Shown: positions 26,285 to 39,976, counted from the first letter of the whole stretch. The stretch is DNA of 63,506 bases, filler included, from Craspedostauros australis (GCA_030167865.1; 10 parts of 10 records of this genome joined end to end with filler, not necessarily neighbours in it); one strand, 5' to 3'. The notes: a model not told the origin generated them from the letters alone. Made by a program: numbers and translations.

Positions 26285-28201
26285 ATGCCAAGGAAGGCTT
26301 CTGTATCCAAGCAGCACAGCAACGATGGGGCGGAGTGGAACAAGACTTTGTATTCTCAGATCAAGGACCTGCGGGCGAAAATTGAGAGTGGCGCGATTCC
26401 AATGACGACGCCCCCACGAGTCGTTTGGGAAGAGAACGCTGATCTCCACTTCTTGTCTCGGCGCAACTTTGCTCGCAACCTCCACAAGCTCCACCAATCT
26501 GTGGAGAGAAATCAAGCGAGAAAGGCCGCTGAAGCCGGTACGTGACTAGGCGCGATCATGTCGGGAAATGTCATGGTGTGAATCTTGCAGTATCATCAAC
26601 AGTCACTCACCCTTCTCAGTGCGCATGGACACAAAATACTCTCCGAACGTTTCCGATCTCGTTGCGAACGCTGCCGAATTCAAACATCAATTTGATGAAA
26701 CAATCGCTCAAGTCGCAAAGCAGAAGCCCGAAGAAGCAAAGGTGACCATGAACGCCTTCTCTCGTCTTGCGTACCAACCCGAACCCACCAACCAAGTCCC
26801 CATGGTGGCAGCTGCCCGTTCGTCCGCCCCACCAATTACAGCGCACGTCTCGTCCCCGGCCCCAACCCATCCGCCACCGACCGCCAGACCTGCGTACGGC
26901 ACAGTGGATCCCTCGTCTGTTCATGTGCCTTTGCCATCCGTGACCTCTCCTGCTGCTGCTCTTCCTGGCGCTGTTGGAGGTGACACGATCGTGCAGAACA
27001 CTGAAACTGGGACACCCTTGCAAGAGGGTCCCAGTCATGGGCACGCGATTTCAGCTTGGATGAAGAGCAACAGCGAGATTTTCTTGCCTGCAGTGCGTCA
27101 TGCGTACTGTCCTGAAGGGCTTGGGGAGGTGTTCGAAATCACTTTCGAACTCCCAGGAGGGACATGCTCTGGTGACGTTGACGTGGCAATCAAGGAGCGT
27201 GGGTGAGTGCTGGAGGTCAGAATCCGGCAGAATCAAGAACTCAGGTCATCCAGGGCAATTGACAACGAGCTGGTTGACCTGCTGAATGAGTTGCGTCCCT
27301 CCCTTGCTCATGTCCGTTCTTTCCGCGGGCACCGCGAGCGGAGCGAGTCCTATGCGCTTGCTGTCCGCAACATGTGCCGCGGATGCTCACATGCTGTTCG
27401 CGTACACAAGGAGCTCCTCCCCATTCAAGTGAGTGACAGATTCGAGATGACCCCCGACAATGCCATGCATGGCATTGACTTTCTCAACCCCACACTGAAC
27501 ATCAATGACCGCGAAAGTGATGTGCGCACTGATGCGCCCCTGCTCATTGTTTGCTTGGTGCCTGTGTACAGCACAAATCCTGTGACACACACAGCAAAGA
27601 ACTTGGCACGCTACGGACGCAACCAAACAATTAATCATAACGTAGGAGTCGCGAATAGCGACGATGGCTTCTCCTCATTTGATGAGGACGAGTTGTCGAT
27701 GGTCCCCTCTACTGCTCGTGCGCCAACTGCTCGTGCACCACCTGCTCGTGCTTGCCAAGGAACCCGTTTCGGAGGATCTCCAAAGGTAAGTAAGTCCGTG
27801 CGAAAACAAGATCGTTTGTTGTTCATGACTCGATCATTTTGACTCACGCATCTGGTTTCTTTTCCACCGCACAGCTCACTCGTAAAAAAGCCACTCATGT
27901 GGCTGTGAACATGACGAAGACGTCTGCTCGTGCTTCGCGCCGTTCTGTTTCTCGCGGACGCGCTCGTCGCACTCCAGAACGTCCTGTTCCTTCCATCCTG
28001 ACTTCTCTCCAGATTCCTGCACCTGTTCCCTCAGCTGTTCCCTCCAGCGCCCGCAACCCGCGAATCGCAAAAACTAAGCGCCGCAGACGTGCTCCAGAAT
28101 TGATTGACCTGATCGCCGATGGCGATAGCGACAGCGAGGAGGAATCCGAAGAAGAGGAGAACTTCGATGAAGACGATGACGAAAGCACACAGACCGATTA
28201 G
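26285..28201 (+). pseudogene. Putative Harbinger partner (ORF2) gene; exons 26285-26537, 26620-27785, 27875-28201; 581 codons with one internal TGA
   Basis: GTACGT...CAG and GTAAGT...CAG introns with CTCAC branch sites join three ORF-track frames. N-terminal helical W...LRAKIESGAIP...PRVVW...FARNLHKL domain; basic then acidic C-terminus. Divergent from the transposase. TGA at 27204-27206 with the frame open on both sides. Confidence 0.65.
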
Positions 28202-28951
28202 ATGACCCCCAAAACACACACAAACAACAATAACACATTTAGCGAATACATGGATTAGCCGTGATCAAACAATGCTGATGGGATGACTATGGTAGTACNN
28301 NNTAGACAATCGACGTGTCCGACACGGACTACTTGGACTACTGATGGAGTCCCATAGGAAAACGACGCCTATAACGTATTTACCGCGCTTCCCACGCTTT
28401 CCGGGCAGAACGAGAGATGACGAAAAACCCAACGCCAATTTGTCGAGACGGCTTGTGTTAGTGGTGGCAACAATGAAACGCTGTGTATACGTACTGGTAG
28501 GAGATGGTAGTGGTTGTACCTGAGCACAGAACGCGATCACAAACCGAAACCCAACAGGTATGACATCATAAAACCGAAAGTCAGCATGCCAAAGCACCAA
28601 AGTACCAAAGAGCCAAACACGACAAAAGTTATCATCATGACACCAACACCAACATCAACAAGACCAAGCGTCGCAACAATGACAATGATGAGCCAAGCAA
28701 TCCAACCAAAGAAGAGCGACATGGACATCAGAAATCAACCGCAGGACAGAGCGATCTCAAACTAGAAAGCAACAGCAGCAATCCTGTCTGCACTCACAAG
28801 AACAGAGGAGTCAACGAACACCAGCACATCGACAGTCGGCGAACCAACGATGCCACTGTCCACAAGACAAATGAACCTCCCAGCACACGACACATGCACA
28901 AACACACAGAGAAATGCGCACATCAACGAGCAAAGCCAGAGCACAACCAAG

Positions 28952-29350
28952 ATGACAACGAAGCGCTCCATGCTCTCGCCTCCACCACCACCACGCAAGA
29001 GGAGCTGGAAGAGAGTCAAGGTCCACCACACTGGGGCTGACGATGTGAGCTGCAGCCAACAGAGCATCAGCAGCTTCCCCTCGTGGAGACAGCAGTTGGA
29101 GAATGTGATCGTCCGCCCTCTCGCAAGCAAGTTCGTCATCCCAGACCTCCCGGACACCCCAGCTGGCAGCAGCAACACCAACCTGCCGGCCTGTCTTTCG
29201 AAGTTCTGACGCAGCGGCGCCGTCCTTCCTCTGCGTCGGTTGGGGCTGCTGCTCCCATTCCTCAAGGAAGACCCTGTCTCTCCCATCTCTATCATGGACA
29301 TCACTAGAGAGCAGGTGTACGACAGCATACCTACCTTTGACCTCTTCTAA
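28952..29350 (+). pseudogene. Small hypothetical gene interrupted by in-frame TGA (29207-29209)
   Basis: MTTKRSMLSPPPPPRKRSWKRVK... frame continues 46 codons past the TGA to TAA at 29348. CA-rich leader upstream and (AG)n downstream. Confidence 0.35.
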
Positions 29351-31005
29351 GAGAGAGAGAGAGAGAGAGACAACCACGGACAAGGCAGAGCAGAGCTATC
29401 CCTGACATGGCTCTCAGCGCGACACAATGCCTGCCAACGTCCACTGTATCATACCCAAACACGTACTTGCCATCACGGATGCAGCAGTTGCGGACCACAG
29501 GTGCGAGTACCGAGATAATCCGCAACGGCGCACACCGTAGCATGCCATGCCACACTTACACATTCATAGCAGTAACGACAGCACGACGACAGGGGCACTT
29601 GGAAAGAGAGAGAGAGAGACATAGACATGACCCTTGTACCATACGACCTACAGTAAAGATGATAAATGCCATACATAGCCGCACCGGTACAGTAAACCTG
29701 CGATGACGTCGTGCAACGAAGCGAACGGTTGCCACACACTGGACTGACCGATCCATTCCTTCATTGACTGATTGATACAATGACTGGCGCCTCGGCTGAT
29801 CAATCGTTCCAAAGAGGCTGGTTCCTTCCAACCATTTACATCCATTGACACAAACAATGGATGCGGTGTGCGTCACGCGGAGTCACATCCTTTCCGCTCT
29901 CTCTGCCTCTCCTCGGTAAAGTGGAGCACTTTATCCGTAAAGTGATCCAATGCAGCAACGTCCCGGACACGAACAACAGTAACAACCAAAACAACACCGA
30001 TGACGATGGCAGCAATGGCGAACTACTTTTCGCGATGATAAAGATGACCGAGTGACAAAGAGTCTTGCGAATACTCGCAGTACCGCGATCTACTATACTA
30101 GTCGTATGCTCTATGCAGTCGGACGCACTTCGCCCTGGCTGCGTCATGCTCTACTCGTACGCGTACGTACGTACAAACTTTCCCATGATCTGCAAGCTCC
30201 TGCATTGGTTCTTGGTTGGGCATTGCAAGGTGTTATCCTGTGGAACCGCTCGGACGGCAGGAGCTTCGCCACACGAGATCTCTGGCGAGCTATTATACCC
30301 CTGCGAGAGAGACGTCATTGCCGTTGGCGCGCACACCCACTCACACGAACCTCCTTTCGCCCAGCCCCGACAGATGGAGGATCTGGAGCAGCTGCAACTG
30401 CGCGAGCCTTTTATGTCTGCGAATGCAAGTATGAGTTGGTAATTGGGAACATGAATGATGCGGATCTTGCGGCCCTCCCAGTTGGTCGTGGATGCAATGG
30501 AATCATAGCAGAGCAGCCGAGTGTGGTGGCTCGGACTGCGCTCAAGTCCTCCGTTCGCACGAGCTTGTTGCACCTTGCCCACCTCGCAGTTCGTTTGCCT
30601 GCTGTTCAGTGTCGTGGGAGCCGCGGCAATTTTAGAAAGAGCCCCTCGGAATGACGTTCCCAACAAGCCTGATAGGTTGTCACGTTCTTGGACATGATGA
30701 CGTAGGGTGACACGTGCGCGAGCTCTGAACTCTCTTCGAGCTCTGATGTGCATGCCATATACTGAGTACATTGGTATGATACTGCAGATTCGATGTGATA
30801 TCATTCATATAGAGCATCCAACTCATCCCACACAGTCAGTCTATCTTCAATAGTGAATCGGGTTCTCCACTATTCTCCTATGCGTGTTCATATGACGAAG
30901 TAGACTACAATACATAGACGTGTCAATACACACAGCGTGCTGCTCATCGTGCACTCCTACCTTTGACAGACTCAACTGAAAGACAATGCATCACTCTGCA
31001 CCATA

Positions 31006-31822
31006 CTATAATTGTTGATGGTATCCATGTTGGCATCTGCTTCCTGCTCGTGCCATCCTCGTTGTCTCCTCATGCTTCGTCATGCAGAGCCTGCTAGTTG
31101 TTGCTCCCTTGCTCTCCCCTCTGCTCCTCCACACATTCGTACTCGCGGTTGCGCCAATGCCCGTGTCTGTGGTCCAGTACTTGTCCGCATACTCTTGCAA
31201 TTCATCACACTTCATTTTCCTCCATCCAATTCATCAGTAAGCCACATGTGAAGCAGATGTTCCACTAACATTGTTGTGCTGCTGTCTACTGTACCTATCA
31301 TGGTCCTGCATGCCACTTGTGGATTGCGATATCATTTTCTTTGTCCTTGTATGCTGCAACTTCAGCACCGGTGCAAGAAAGACCATCTCTTGGATTGTAG
31401 TCGTTGCTGTGTTTCCGTATCGGGCCGGAGGGTCTTCACCCACAACGCACCATCGCTCACATGAGGTTAAGTGAACAAAGAACCACTTCTCATTCAAGTA
31501 GACAATATCATCCAAGCTCTGGAGCAACCCATCATCAGCCATGTGATTGATACAGAAGCGAAGGCTATCGGCCTTGTGCTTCTCCAAGAGTCCGAATATG
31601 TTTTTGATGCAGTGCTTTGTTGCGATTCGCATTTCGTGTAGCATAGTTGGCAGCACGCCAAGGGCAGCAGCAGCTGTACAAAGGGTTGCAGCGTCATTGC
31701 GGTTAAGATGTCATAGACGTTCTTTCAGGTCCTCTCTGTCCCATTTGCGCACACCATGACATGCATGATACTGTGGCAGCAAGCTCCAAGATGATTGGAA
31801 GTTGCTGGCCACAGCCTTTCTN
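31006..31822 (-). pseudogene. Degenerate Tc1/mariner transposase of the DD39D (plant-mariner-like) group
   Basis: GVRKWDREDLKERL*...TLCTAAAALGV, LLEKHKADSLRFC, DIVYLNEKWFF (canonical VHIDEKWF with the first D lost), GEDPPARY...IQEMVFLAPV. Stops and an apparent internal deletion. Confidence 0.75.
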
Positions 31823-31921
31823 NNNNNNNNNNNNNNNNNNNNNNNNNNNNNNNNNNNNNNNNNNNTTAATTAATTAANNNNNNNNNNNNNNNNNNNNNNN
31901 NNNNNNNNNNNNNNNNNNNNN

Positions 31922-32764
31922 CACATTGTGCATGCTCTTGCAACTGTTGGCACAGTCATCCAATGGCTACTATACTTTAGATCATGTGAATTGATGTGCA
32001 AGTAGACTCATCACACTTCATAAATGGTTGTGTTGGGATCCAGCTCGAGTGGAGGTTCTTCGATTTCGAGCAAAATGCCATTGTGCAGAAGATGGGCACC
32101 ATCGTCACATTCTGGATCGTCTGGAATGCCACCCATCCAGGTGTCGATATCCCCCAGGTGCATCGCGTTTTCGTTTTCCTCCATCACATCCAATGGTTGC
32201 ATCTCCTCTTCGACAGCATCGTAGCCCTCCGTCAAGTACCCATTATTCGCCATGTAGTTCTGTGCACGCTTCACATCACCTGACAGGAACGATTTGAGGA
32301 ATGGAATCGTGATTTTCACACGTCCTTTCCAATCAGCAGCCAAAGGGCCTTCCAGCAAGTCTTGATGCACAACATACTCTGATTTCCGCTTGTCCTTGTT
32401 GTTCTCACCTTTGATCTTGGCTTCACACACAATCTTTGCAACCTCCTTTGTCATTGATGGCAAATTCTTGGGCACAGGCTCGTCGTTGGTGGCTGTGCTT
32501 GTGCTGGGCTTGTCTTGGAAGGTTTTGGCCCATCCCTCCTTGACGATGGTTGGTGCTCCTGTTTTGTCGCCCTCCGCGAATGTGAGGTTGGGTGGCCTCA
32601 AATTTTCCATCACCAAGGTCGCTGCAGTGTCCCGCCAGTCGACATCGATCTGCTCGCGTTTCTTTTTTTTCGCGTTCGCTGTTGCTTGGGTGGTTTGCTT
32701 GGGTTGTGGTTTGGATGTGAATGCCGCAGTGACCGGTTTCACTTCCCCTTCCGACAAGCAGATG
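31922..32764 (-). repeat. Near-identical duplicate of the 3' end of the Sola-like transposase gene (allele or second copy)
   Basis: Matches 32815-33657 with only a few substitutions. Separated from it by an N-gap. Confidence 0.85.
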
Positions 32765-32903
32765 NNNNNNNNNNNNNNNNNNNNNNNNNNNNNNNNNNNN
32801 NNNNNNNNNNNNNNCACATTGTGCATGCTCTTGCAACTGTTGGCACAGTCATCCAATGGCTACTATACTTTAGATCATGTGAATTGATGTGCAAGTAGAC
32901 TCA

Positions 32904-35900
32904 TCACACTTCATAAATGGTTGTGTTGGGATCCAGCTCGAGTGGAGGTTCTTCGATTTCGAGCAAAATGCCATTGTGCAGAAGATGGGCACCATCGTCA
33001 CATTCTGGATCGTCTGGAATGCCACCCATCCAGGTGTCGATATCCCCCAGGTGCATCGCGTTTTCGTTTTCCTCCATCACATCCAATGGTTGCATCTCCT
33101 CTTCGACAGCATCGTAGCCCTCCGTCAAGTACCCATTATTCGCCATGTAGTTCTGTGCACGCTTCACATCACCTGACAGGAACGATTTGAGGAATGGAAT
33201 CGTGATTTTCACACGTCCTTTCCAATCAGCAGCCAAAGGGCCTTCCAGCAAGTCTTGATGCACAACATACTCTGATTTCCGCTTGTCCTTGTTGTTCTCA
33301 CCTTTGATCTTGGCTTCACACACAATCTTTGCAACCTCCTTTGTCATTGATGGCAAATTCTTGGGCACAGGCTCGTCGTTGGTGGCTGTGCTTGTGCTGG
33401 GCTTGTCTTGGAAGGTTTTGGCCCATCCCTCCTTGACGATGGTTGGTGCTCCTGTTTTGTCGCCCTCCGCTAATGTGAGGTTGGGTGGCCTCAAATTTTC
33501 CATCACCAAGGTCGCTGCAGTGTCGCGCCAGTTGACATCGATCTGCTTGTGTTTCTTTTTTTTCGCGTTCGCCGTTGCTTGGGTGGTTTGCTTGGGTTGT
33601 GGTTTGGATGTGAATGCCGCAGTGACCGGTTTCACTTCCCCTTCCGACAAGCAGATGTCAAGGTCCTGCATGTAGTACAGGCCAAGCTGTGCCTGTGGAA
33701 CAACTTCTGGTTTGGACACTCCGGATGATGCTGTGACATGTACACAATTGTCAAGGATGTCCACCTGGTGGGTTGCTCTTGTCCGGGGCTTAATCGTGGT
33801 GGAGAAGGTCGATTTTCGCTTCTCGTTGACTGGAAACAAGAGTGGTGCCAACAAGTTTTCCCCCTCCACAAGCACAGTGATGGTGCCCTTGATGCCCTTC
33901 TCCACAAGCACATGGAAAACATCCTCTTCTGTCTGTGCCTTACCATTGTCAGCTCCACCAATGTACCATGTGAGCCCACCATTGATGTAGCTGAAATGTG
34001 CATCAAGGAGCCCTTTTCCAGTCTGTGCTTCAGTGTAGATCCACTTGACAATCTTGGGGCCTGCATTGGATGGTTGGGTGGCTTGTTCATTGCCTTGTCC
34101 TGCAGGAGGCATCGGATGGGTGGTGATGTTGTTGATCTCCATTTTTGCATCAGTGTATGCTTGGGCCTTTTCTTCTGCGGTACCATTGGGGTTGAATTTC
34201 ACACCGTGTTCTCCTCGGTTCAGCCCATAAATGTAGCGCATCAATGATGGGCTGGCGAAGCAGCTTGCGTTGTCACTCTGGATGACAATTCTTTTCTTGT
34301 CCGGATGCATGACAGGAAAGATGTCCGCCATAAGTATCTTGAGAAGCCCTGCAACCTGCACTTGATCTTGTGCATGATAGTTTTTTATCAGCATGTCCAC
34401 AAAGCGATAGTGATACTCACCTCCTTCATAAGTAATGGTCATCACACCCAGAAGTGACATTCCCTTTTTGGCAAAATATGCCGATTGACATTCTTTGCTG
34501 CAGATGGGCAATATCTTCTGCTTGTGATCAAGCACAACAATCATTTTGTCTTGTTCGTTGATAAGTGATTCCTTCTCCTTTCGGATTTGCTCAAATTGCA
34601 CCATTGCCCTCACCTTGTGTGACATGTACACACCAAGCTGCTTGTCACACAGAGACACAGCCCCAAACATAGTGTTGAACTCTGCTTGGTCCTGTTGGTT
34701 GCGGATGTGACCCTTGGTGCGTTCAAGGTAGTCTGTGACACGGAAGGAGAAGAATGTCATTGCATGTGCACAACGTGCACAGACTTCTTGTTGGGCCTCA
34801 CATTCGCCGGTGGTGAGTGCGAATTGCGCTGAGTGAAGGTGGTCATCCTCACATTGGACGCGCACATGTGAATGCGTGTACTCCCATTTGACAAAGGTGA
34901 AAACTTCGTTCCACTCTTCGCCAATTTCGAGTGCCTCTTTGCGTAGATCGTTCGTGGCATCATCTGTGCCCAGCATTTCGATGATTCGCGTGAGCATATC
35001 AGTGAACTTGATTGACATTTCCAAAGTGTCCACATAGTAGGAGGAAAGACCTGTTTCGCACTTGCCACGTTTGGTGAGGAGGGCAAAAATCTCGCGGAAA
35101 GTATTGAAGCCCACTGGTTTTGTCGCTGTCTGCTTGTATTGGCGAAATAGCTGTCTGACAGTCTGTTTGCCGCGTAGGAAGATAGGCAAACCATTGTACA
35201 CCACGCCATGGAGCTTCACCTTGCGCGATCTGCCTGGCTTGAAATTCGTGACAGAGGCGAGGAAGGAAGTTACCTCCTGAAGTTTTTCACGACCAAGGCG
35301 ACTTCTCGACTCCCCAACAGGAATTGGCCCGCCGCTGATAATTTTCCTGGCAGCACCAATCAGTTGCTTGTGCTTGGAGCTGTGCATTTTAGTCCGCATG
35401 GAGATGACCTTCACCTGATCTTCTGGGGAGAGGCGCTTGTAGTGGTGCGTGAGGATGGCAGCACAGTCTTTGCAGGTTGAAGTTGATGCGAGGATTGCGC
35501 CTGCCATTTTTGACACATCTCTGTTCCCAAAGAAGAGCATCAGGCAGACAGTTTCCTCCAAGGTGAGTGAAGGCAGGCGTTTGTCATCTCTGACAAATCT
35601 CATCACATTGGCAAGTTGGCGCAGACATGGTCTGTTGGGAAAGATGATCTGTGATGAGATCGTGGACAACCGATCCCATGCTCTGTTGATCATTGCCCAC
35701 TTCTGTGTCTCATGTTTACCAGGAATTGTGTGGTAGCCTTGTTTGCAAAAGTCTCTCAAACCATGCATGTTGTGGCGGGCCATGCTGATGATGGAGGACA
35801 GTTTCTCCCAAGACTTTGTATTGCCATCCCATGTTGGCCACATATCTTCCATTTCATCATAGTCAACATCTCTGCCATCCTCCTGGCTGTCATCGCTTGC

Positions 35901-36800
35901 CATCATGTTGCTGAGGAGCTCATCATCACTATCATCATCATAGTCATACATTGCAGCAGCCTCCTCAATGATGGTATCGGTAGGTCTACTGTTGATGGCA
36001 GTGTGATTTTCGTAGTCATCGTTGTTGTGGATTTTAGTGGTGTTAGTATCGTTGACTGTCTGTTTGTTGGAAACGGCGTCTGTCTGTTTGATGTGAAGTC
36101 CAACTGCCAACTTGGGTTGCGTGTTATTTTCCACGTTGTTGTGAGCGATGTCAGTTTGTTTTTCGATTTGGCTGTCGGTTCCAAGAGTGGCTTGGCTGTC
36201 ACTTCCAATTGCTCTGTTTCCCGCGCAATCTGGGCACACGGCCAACTTCGCGCGTTGCTGGAAACAACAGGAACAGAAGTGCACACCACATGCACGACAT
36301 AGCATGATGCCGAAACGGTTCTTCCCCTCCTCCTTTGCAGTTTGGGCGAATTCACGGCTTTCGTGCATGGCGGATCCGACGTTTTCAGAAAGGCTGCGCT
36401 TGGCGACTTCAGTTGGGAGTCTCAGCATGTTGAAATCGTCCGTCGTCCCTCCGCCATTTGGCAAGCTCATGTTGTGGTGGATGTGCGCAGCAGGTGGTGG
36501 GTACCAGGCAGGACTTGGTCGATGGAATGTTGGCTGTCCATGCTGTGGTGGAGGCGATGCATAGGATGGGTGCATCACAGGGTTCATCATGTTCTGGTAG
36601 GGGTACGAGTATGGGTATGGAACAGGGCGAGCCACAATAGGTGGGCCAGAGTACATTGCAGGCGAGTTGGGGTGGACGAGGCCTGGGCTTGGTGGTTGGT
36701 TGTGATGGTTGATGTGGCCACTGTTTGCATACTCGTACCTTGGAGACTTTGGTGGTGGTGGCTGGGTGTGGCCGAACCCGGAATCGCGTGGATGATACAT
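32904..36800 (-). mobile_element. Large DDD transposase, Sola-like (motif pattern closest to Sola3), 1298 aa from ATG 36800
   Basis: Uninterrupted ORF. Catalytic-type motifs VVLDHKQKILP...ECQSAYFAKKGMS, IQSDNASCF, YTEAQTGKGLLDAHF. Cys clusters CRAC...CSCC...CPDC and H-x5-C...CARC. Pro-rich N-terminus. Termini not within scaffold. Confidence 0.7.
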
Positions 36801-38792
36801 GTTGCACAGTGAAGGATGTTGGGCTTGAGATTGGGTGGAATTATGTGCAAGTCGACAAAGGTGCACGAAGCATGAATACTTTCAAGATGCTGGAGCAAAG
36901 GTGCAAACAACATGCAAGAAGAACACAATGAAGAGCGCACAAGTCACCGGAGAGGGATGAGGACGGCAGAACGACACGCTGGTTTGTACAACTTCGGCCA
37001 AGAGCGGATTTTCCTATCGAAGTCCACGACCGACACACAGCGNNNNNNNNNNNNNNNNNNNNNNNNNNNNNNNNNNNNNNNNNNNNTTAATTAATTAANN
37101 NNNNNNNNNNNNNNNNNNNNNNNNNNNNNNNNNNNNNNNNNNTTATCGCAGCGCCGATGATGCCGTTCGACGGCGCTTGGGGAGTTTCGTTGTGTTTCTC
37201 CATTGTCGTGTTGTTGTGGTGCTGTTGTGTCAAGTGTGTTGTTCTCAACGGTTGGGGGACGTGGAGATTACCCAGAATTGTACCGAATGTGCGCAAAGCA
37301 CAATGCACAGAACGCTTCACAAGTACCAAGGCCACGCAACCCTTCCACTACCACGTANCACAGCAATGATGTTCTGTGGCGTCTTGTGATTGGTGTTCTA
37401 TGGAGTGGTATCGTTCCTTGTGACGTCGAAGACGGATCGAAACGACCAACACGAAACATATAAATATACAAAATAACCGTTTCTCCCATATTGGAGCTGG
37501 ACCTCAACAACTAGCGTTATCGTGGTGCATTTTCTCCCGTCCGCTGGCCGGCGCGAAGTGCCAATCGGCAATGACAATTTCCAAAAAGCGCGCGCCTTGG
37601 CATTTTTGAAAAAAGTCCAGAGCNNNNNNNNNNNNNNNNNNNNNNNNNNNNNNNNNNNNNNNNNNNNNNNNNNNNNNNNNNNNNNNNNNNNNNNNNNNNN
37701 NNNNNNNNNNNNNNNNNNNNNNNNNNNNNNNNNNNNNNNNNNNNNNNNNGTAGTATCGGGCGCCACGTCAGTGGGCGCCCCTAAGTAATCGATTGGCTCA
37801 CAGCTCTTTTTCGAAACGAGTTTACAGGGGACTACGGTTACTTCGAAAGGGAGAGAATTGGCATGACGTCACCGACCAGACTAAGGCGGGACTCGAATCG
37901 AGACTGAAAACTCACGGAGGTCAGATGAATCGTGTGTCTGTACCACGACCGAAACTGTGACCGAATGTAGTGGTCTCAATACTTTACCCCAGTGTGCAGA
38001 ATGCAAGATTGAACATGACACTTGCAAACACCTTGACATTGGAGGACTCCCCATGTGTGTCCTTATGTGTTCAGATTCGGAACATCAACATTGCAATCTG
38101 TGAGCNNNNNNGAATCACAGATGAATGCGCCAATGGTTCCGAGTACGAATGGGATTGCTCCATAACCGGAAGCAACATGGATACACAAGATAAGATCAGC
38201 AGAGTGGCTGATGCACAACACGAGATCACGATGAACAGAGCAGCAGAGAGAGAGAGCAGAATCGGAAATAGAATAGAGAGGTCTCGCATTGTTTGGATTT
38301 CCATCGAGAGGCCCCCACAGCCATGTCACATGCGACATTGACTCTCGAGTGGCGGAAACTGCACAGGACTGGTGCGTGACAGAATACTGCTTGGATTACG
38401 TGGAGTCTATAACCGTTCGCGCCATCTCTAGGGTATCTAATTTAGACATGTTCGCTTCTCCCGAAGAGCGTCACATTTTGGCCATGAGTGTCACAACACA
38501 TCATCGGTTCCTTTTTTGGTGTTGCATGATGCGTTCCCTCCATGCTTCCCTCCATGCTATACTCGTTGCTCATTGAATTAGTCTGTGTTCATCGCACCTT
38601 CGCACACGCAGCTCCTCTACACGTTCGATCACTACTTACCATCGTTGTCATGGTCAATCGTAATTGGAGTACTGTTCCCGAGCGGCAGGCATNNNNNNNN
38701 NNNNNNNNNNNNNNNNNNNNNNNNNNNNNNNNNNNNTTAATTAATTAANNNNNNNNNNNNNNNNNNNNNNNNNNNNNNNNNNNNNNNNNNNN

Positions 38793-39976
38793 GGGGCCAG
38801 CTTACCAACCTGCAGAGTCTCGGTGTGGAGCGAAACAAATTGCAGGGCAACTTGGATCCAATCTTTTGCTCAGGCTTGCATCTCGACCTTTATGACTTCT
38901 ACTCAGATTGCGTTGCCACTGACGATGGTGGGATTCCAGCAGAAACGACATGTTCCTGCTGCTCGAACTGCTGCGACGCCATGGACAACTGCTGCAGCAC
39001 TGAGACAGNGTGTCCCATCTTGNATGTCGAGAAGATGAACAACATACTCNCCATNTTGGAACCACATCTGCAGGGCGATCCAATCTTTACGGACCTGTTG
39101 GTGTTCNATGATATCGAAAGCCCGCAATACCGCGCGCTGGACTGGTTGGCAAATGACGATCTCTTCGATCTCGACCTCGCCAACACGGCAGATGAGGTGG
39201 TCGTGGAGCGATATGCCTTGGCTGTGTTCTACTATGCCACTACCAACGATGGGCCTTGGGGCACGACTGCTCCTGTTTTGTCGCCTTCATCTGTTTGCGA
39301 ATGGTGGGATTGGGAAGAAGAAGAAGGTATCCAATGCGACGCCGAGGGCAGCGTCGCCTCAATCATCCTCTCAGACTCAAACGTGGACAGTGACCAGCTT
39401 CCTTCCGAGATTGCTCTTTTCGAATACTTGACCATCTTCGATTGCTCCGACAATTACATCTCGGGGTTCCTCCCGACTGAAATTGGAAAGCTGGCTTGGC
39501 TTGAGGAACTCAGCCTCTCGTCCAACCTCATATCTGGCACGATCCCGACCGAATATGGAGACCTTTGGAGTCTCAGACTTCTCGATCTCAGTTTCGGCTT
39601 CTTCGAGGAGGAAATCCCATCAGAGCTCGGGAGGTTGTTGGCACTGGAGGAACTCTACCTCGACGATAATGAGCTCACAGGCGCGTTGCCATTCGAAATT
39701 GGTGATCTGTCCCAGCTTGTTGCCGTCGCCGTTTCAGGAAACTTCATCAACGGGGAGGTCCCGCCCCAATGGGAGAATCTGACGAACTTGTACAGCCTTG
39801 AATTGCGGGGGAACTCGATCACAGGCAACCTCACCGATGTGTTCTGCGATGGATCATTCCAATTCGATTGGTTTAGTTCAGACTGCAAGGAACCGGACGA
39901 CGGCATCCTGCCTCCAGAGACCGAGTGCGCATGCTGCACACAGTGTTGCGACCGAGATGATGTCTGCGTCCCCTGA
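38793..39976 (+). CDS. LRR receptor-like protein paralog, 3' part (5'-truncated by scaffold edge)
   Basis: Plant-type LRRs (LxxLxLxxNxLxGxIPxE) between a QYRALDWLA...ERYALAVFYY...VCEW cap and a CxCCxxCC end. Nearly identical to the C-terminal part of 40840-44091. Confidence 0.88.

Noticed and set aside
27204..27206. In-frame TGA codons as selenocysteine or recoding (also 29207)
   Set aside because: No redox-motif context or evident SECIS. CGA>TGA deamination is simpler, and intact genes here use TGA as a stop.
21960..28530. Possible termini of the Harbinger element (weak inverted matches 22007-22026 vs 28378-28397 and 22131 vs 28319)
   Set aside because: Matches are short and unevenly spaced, and I found no clean TIR with a TAA/TTA TSD. 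Element ends left undefined.
37143..37790. Possible transposon end and MULE-like coding fragment
   Set aside because: Gapped, no partner terminus, no convincing motif.
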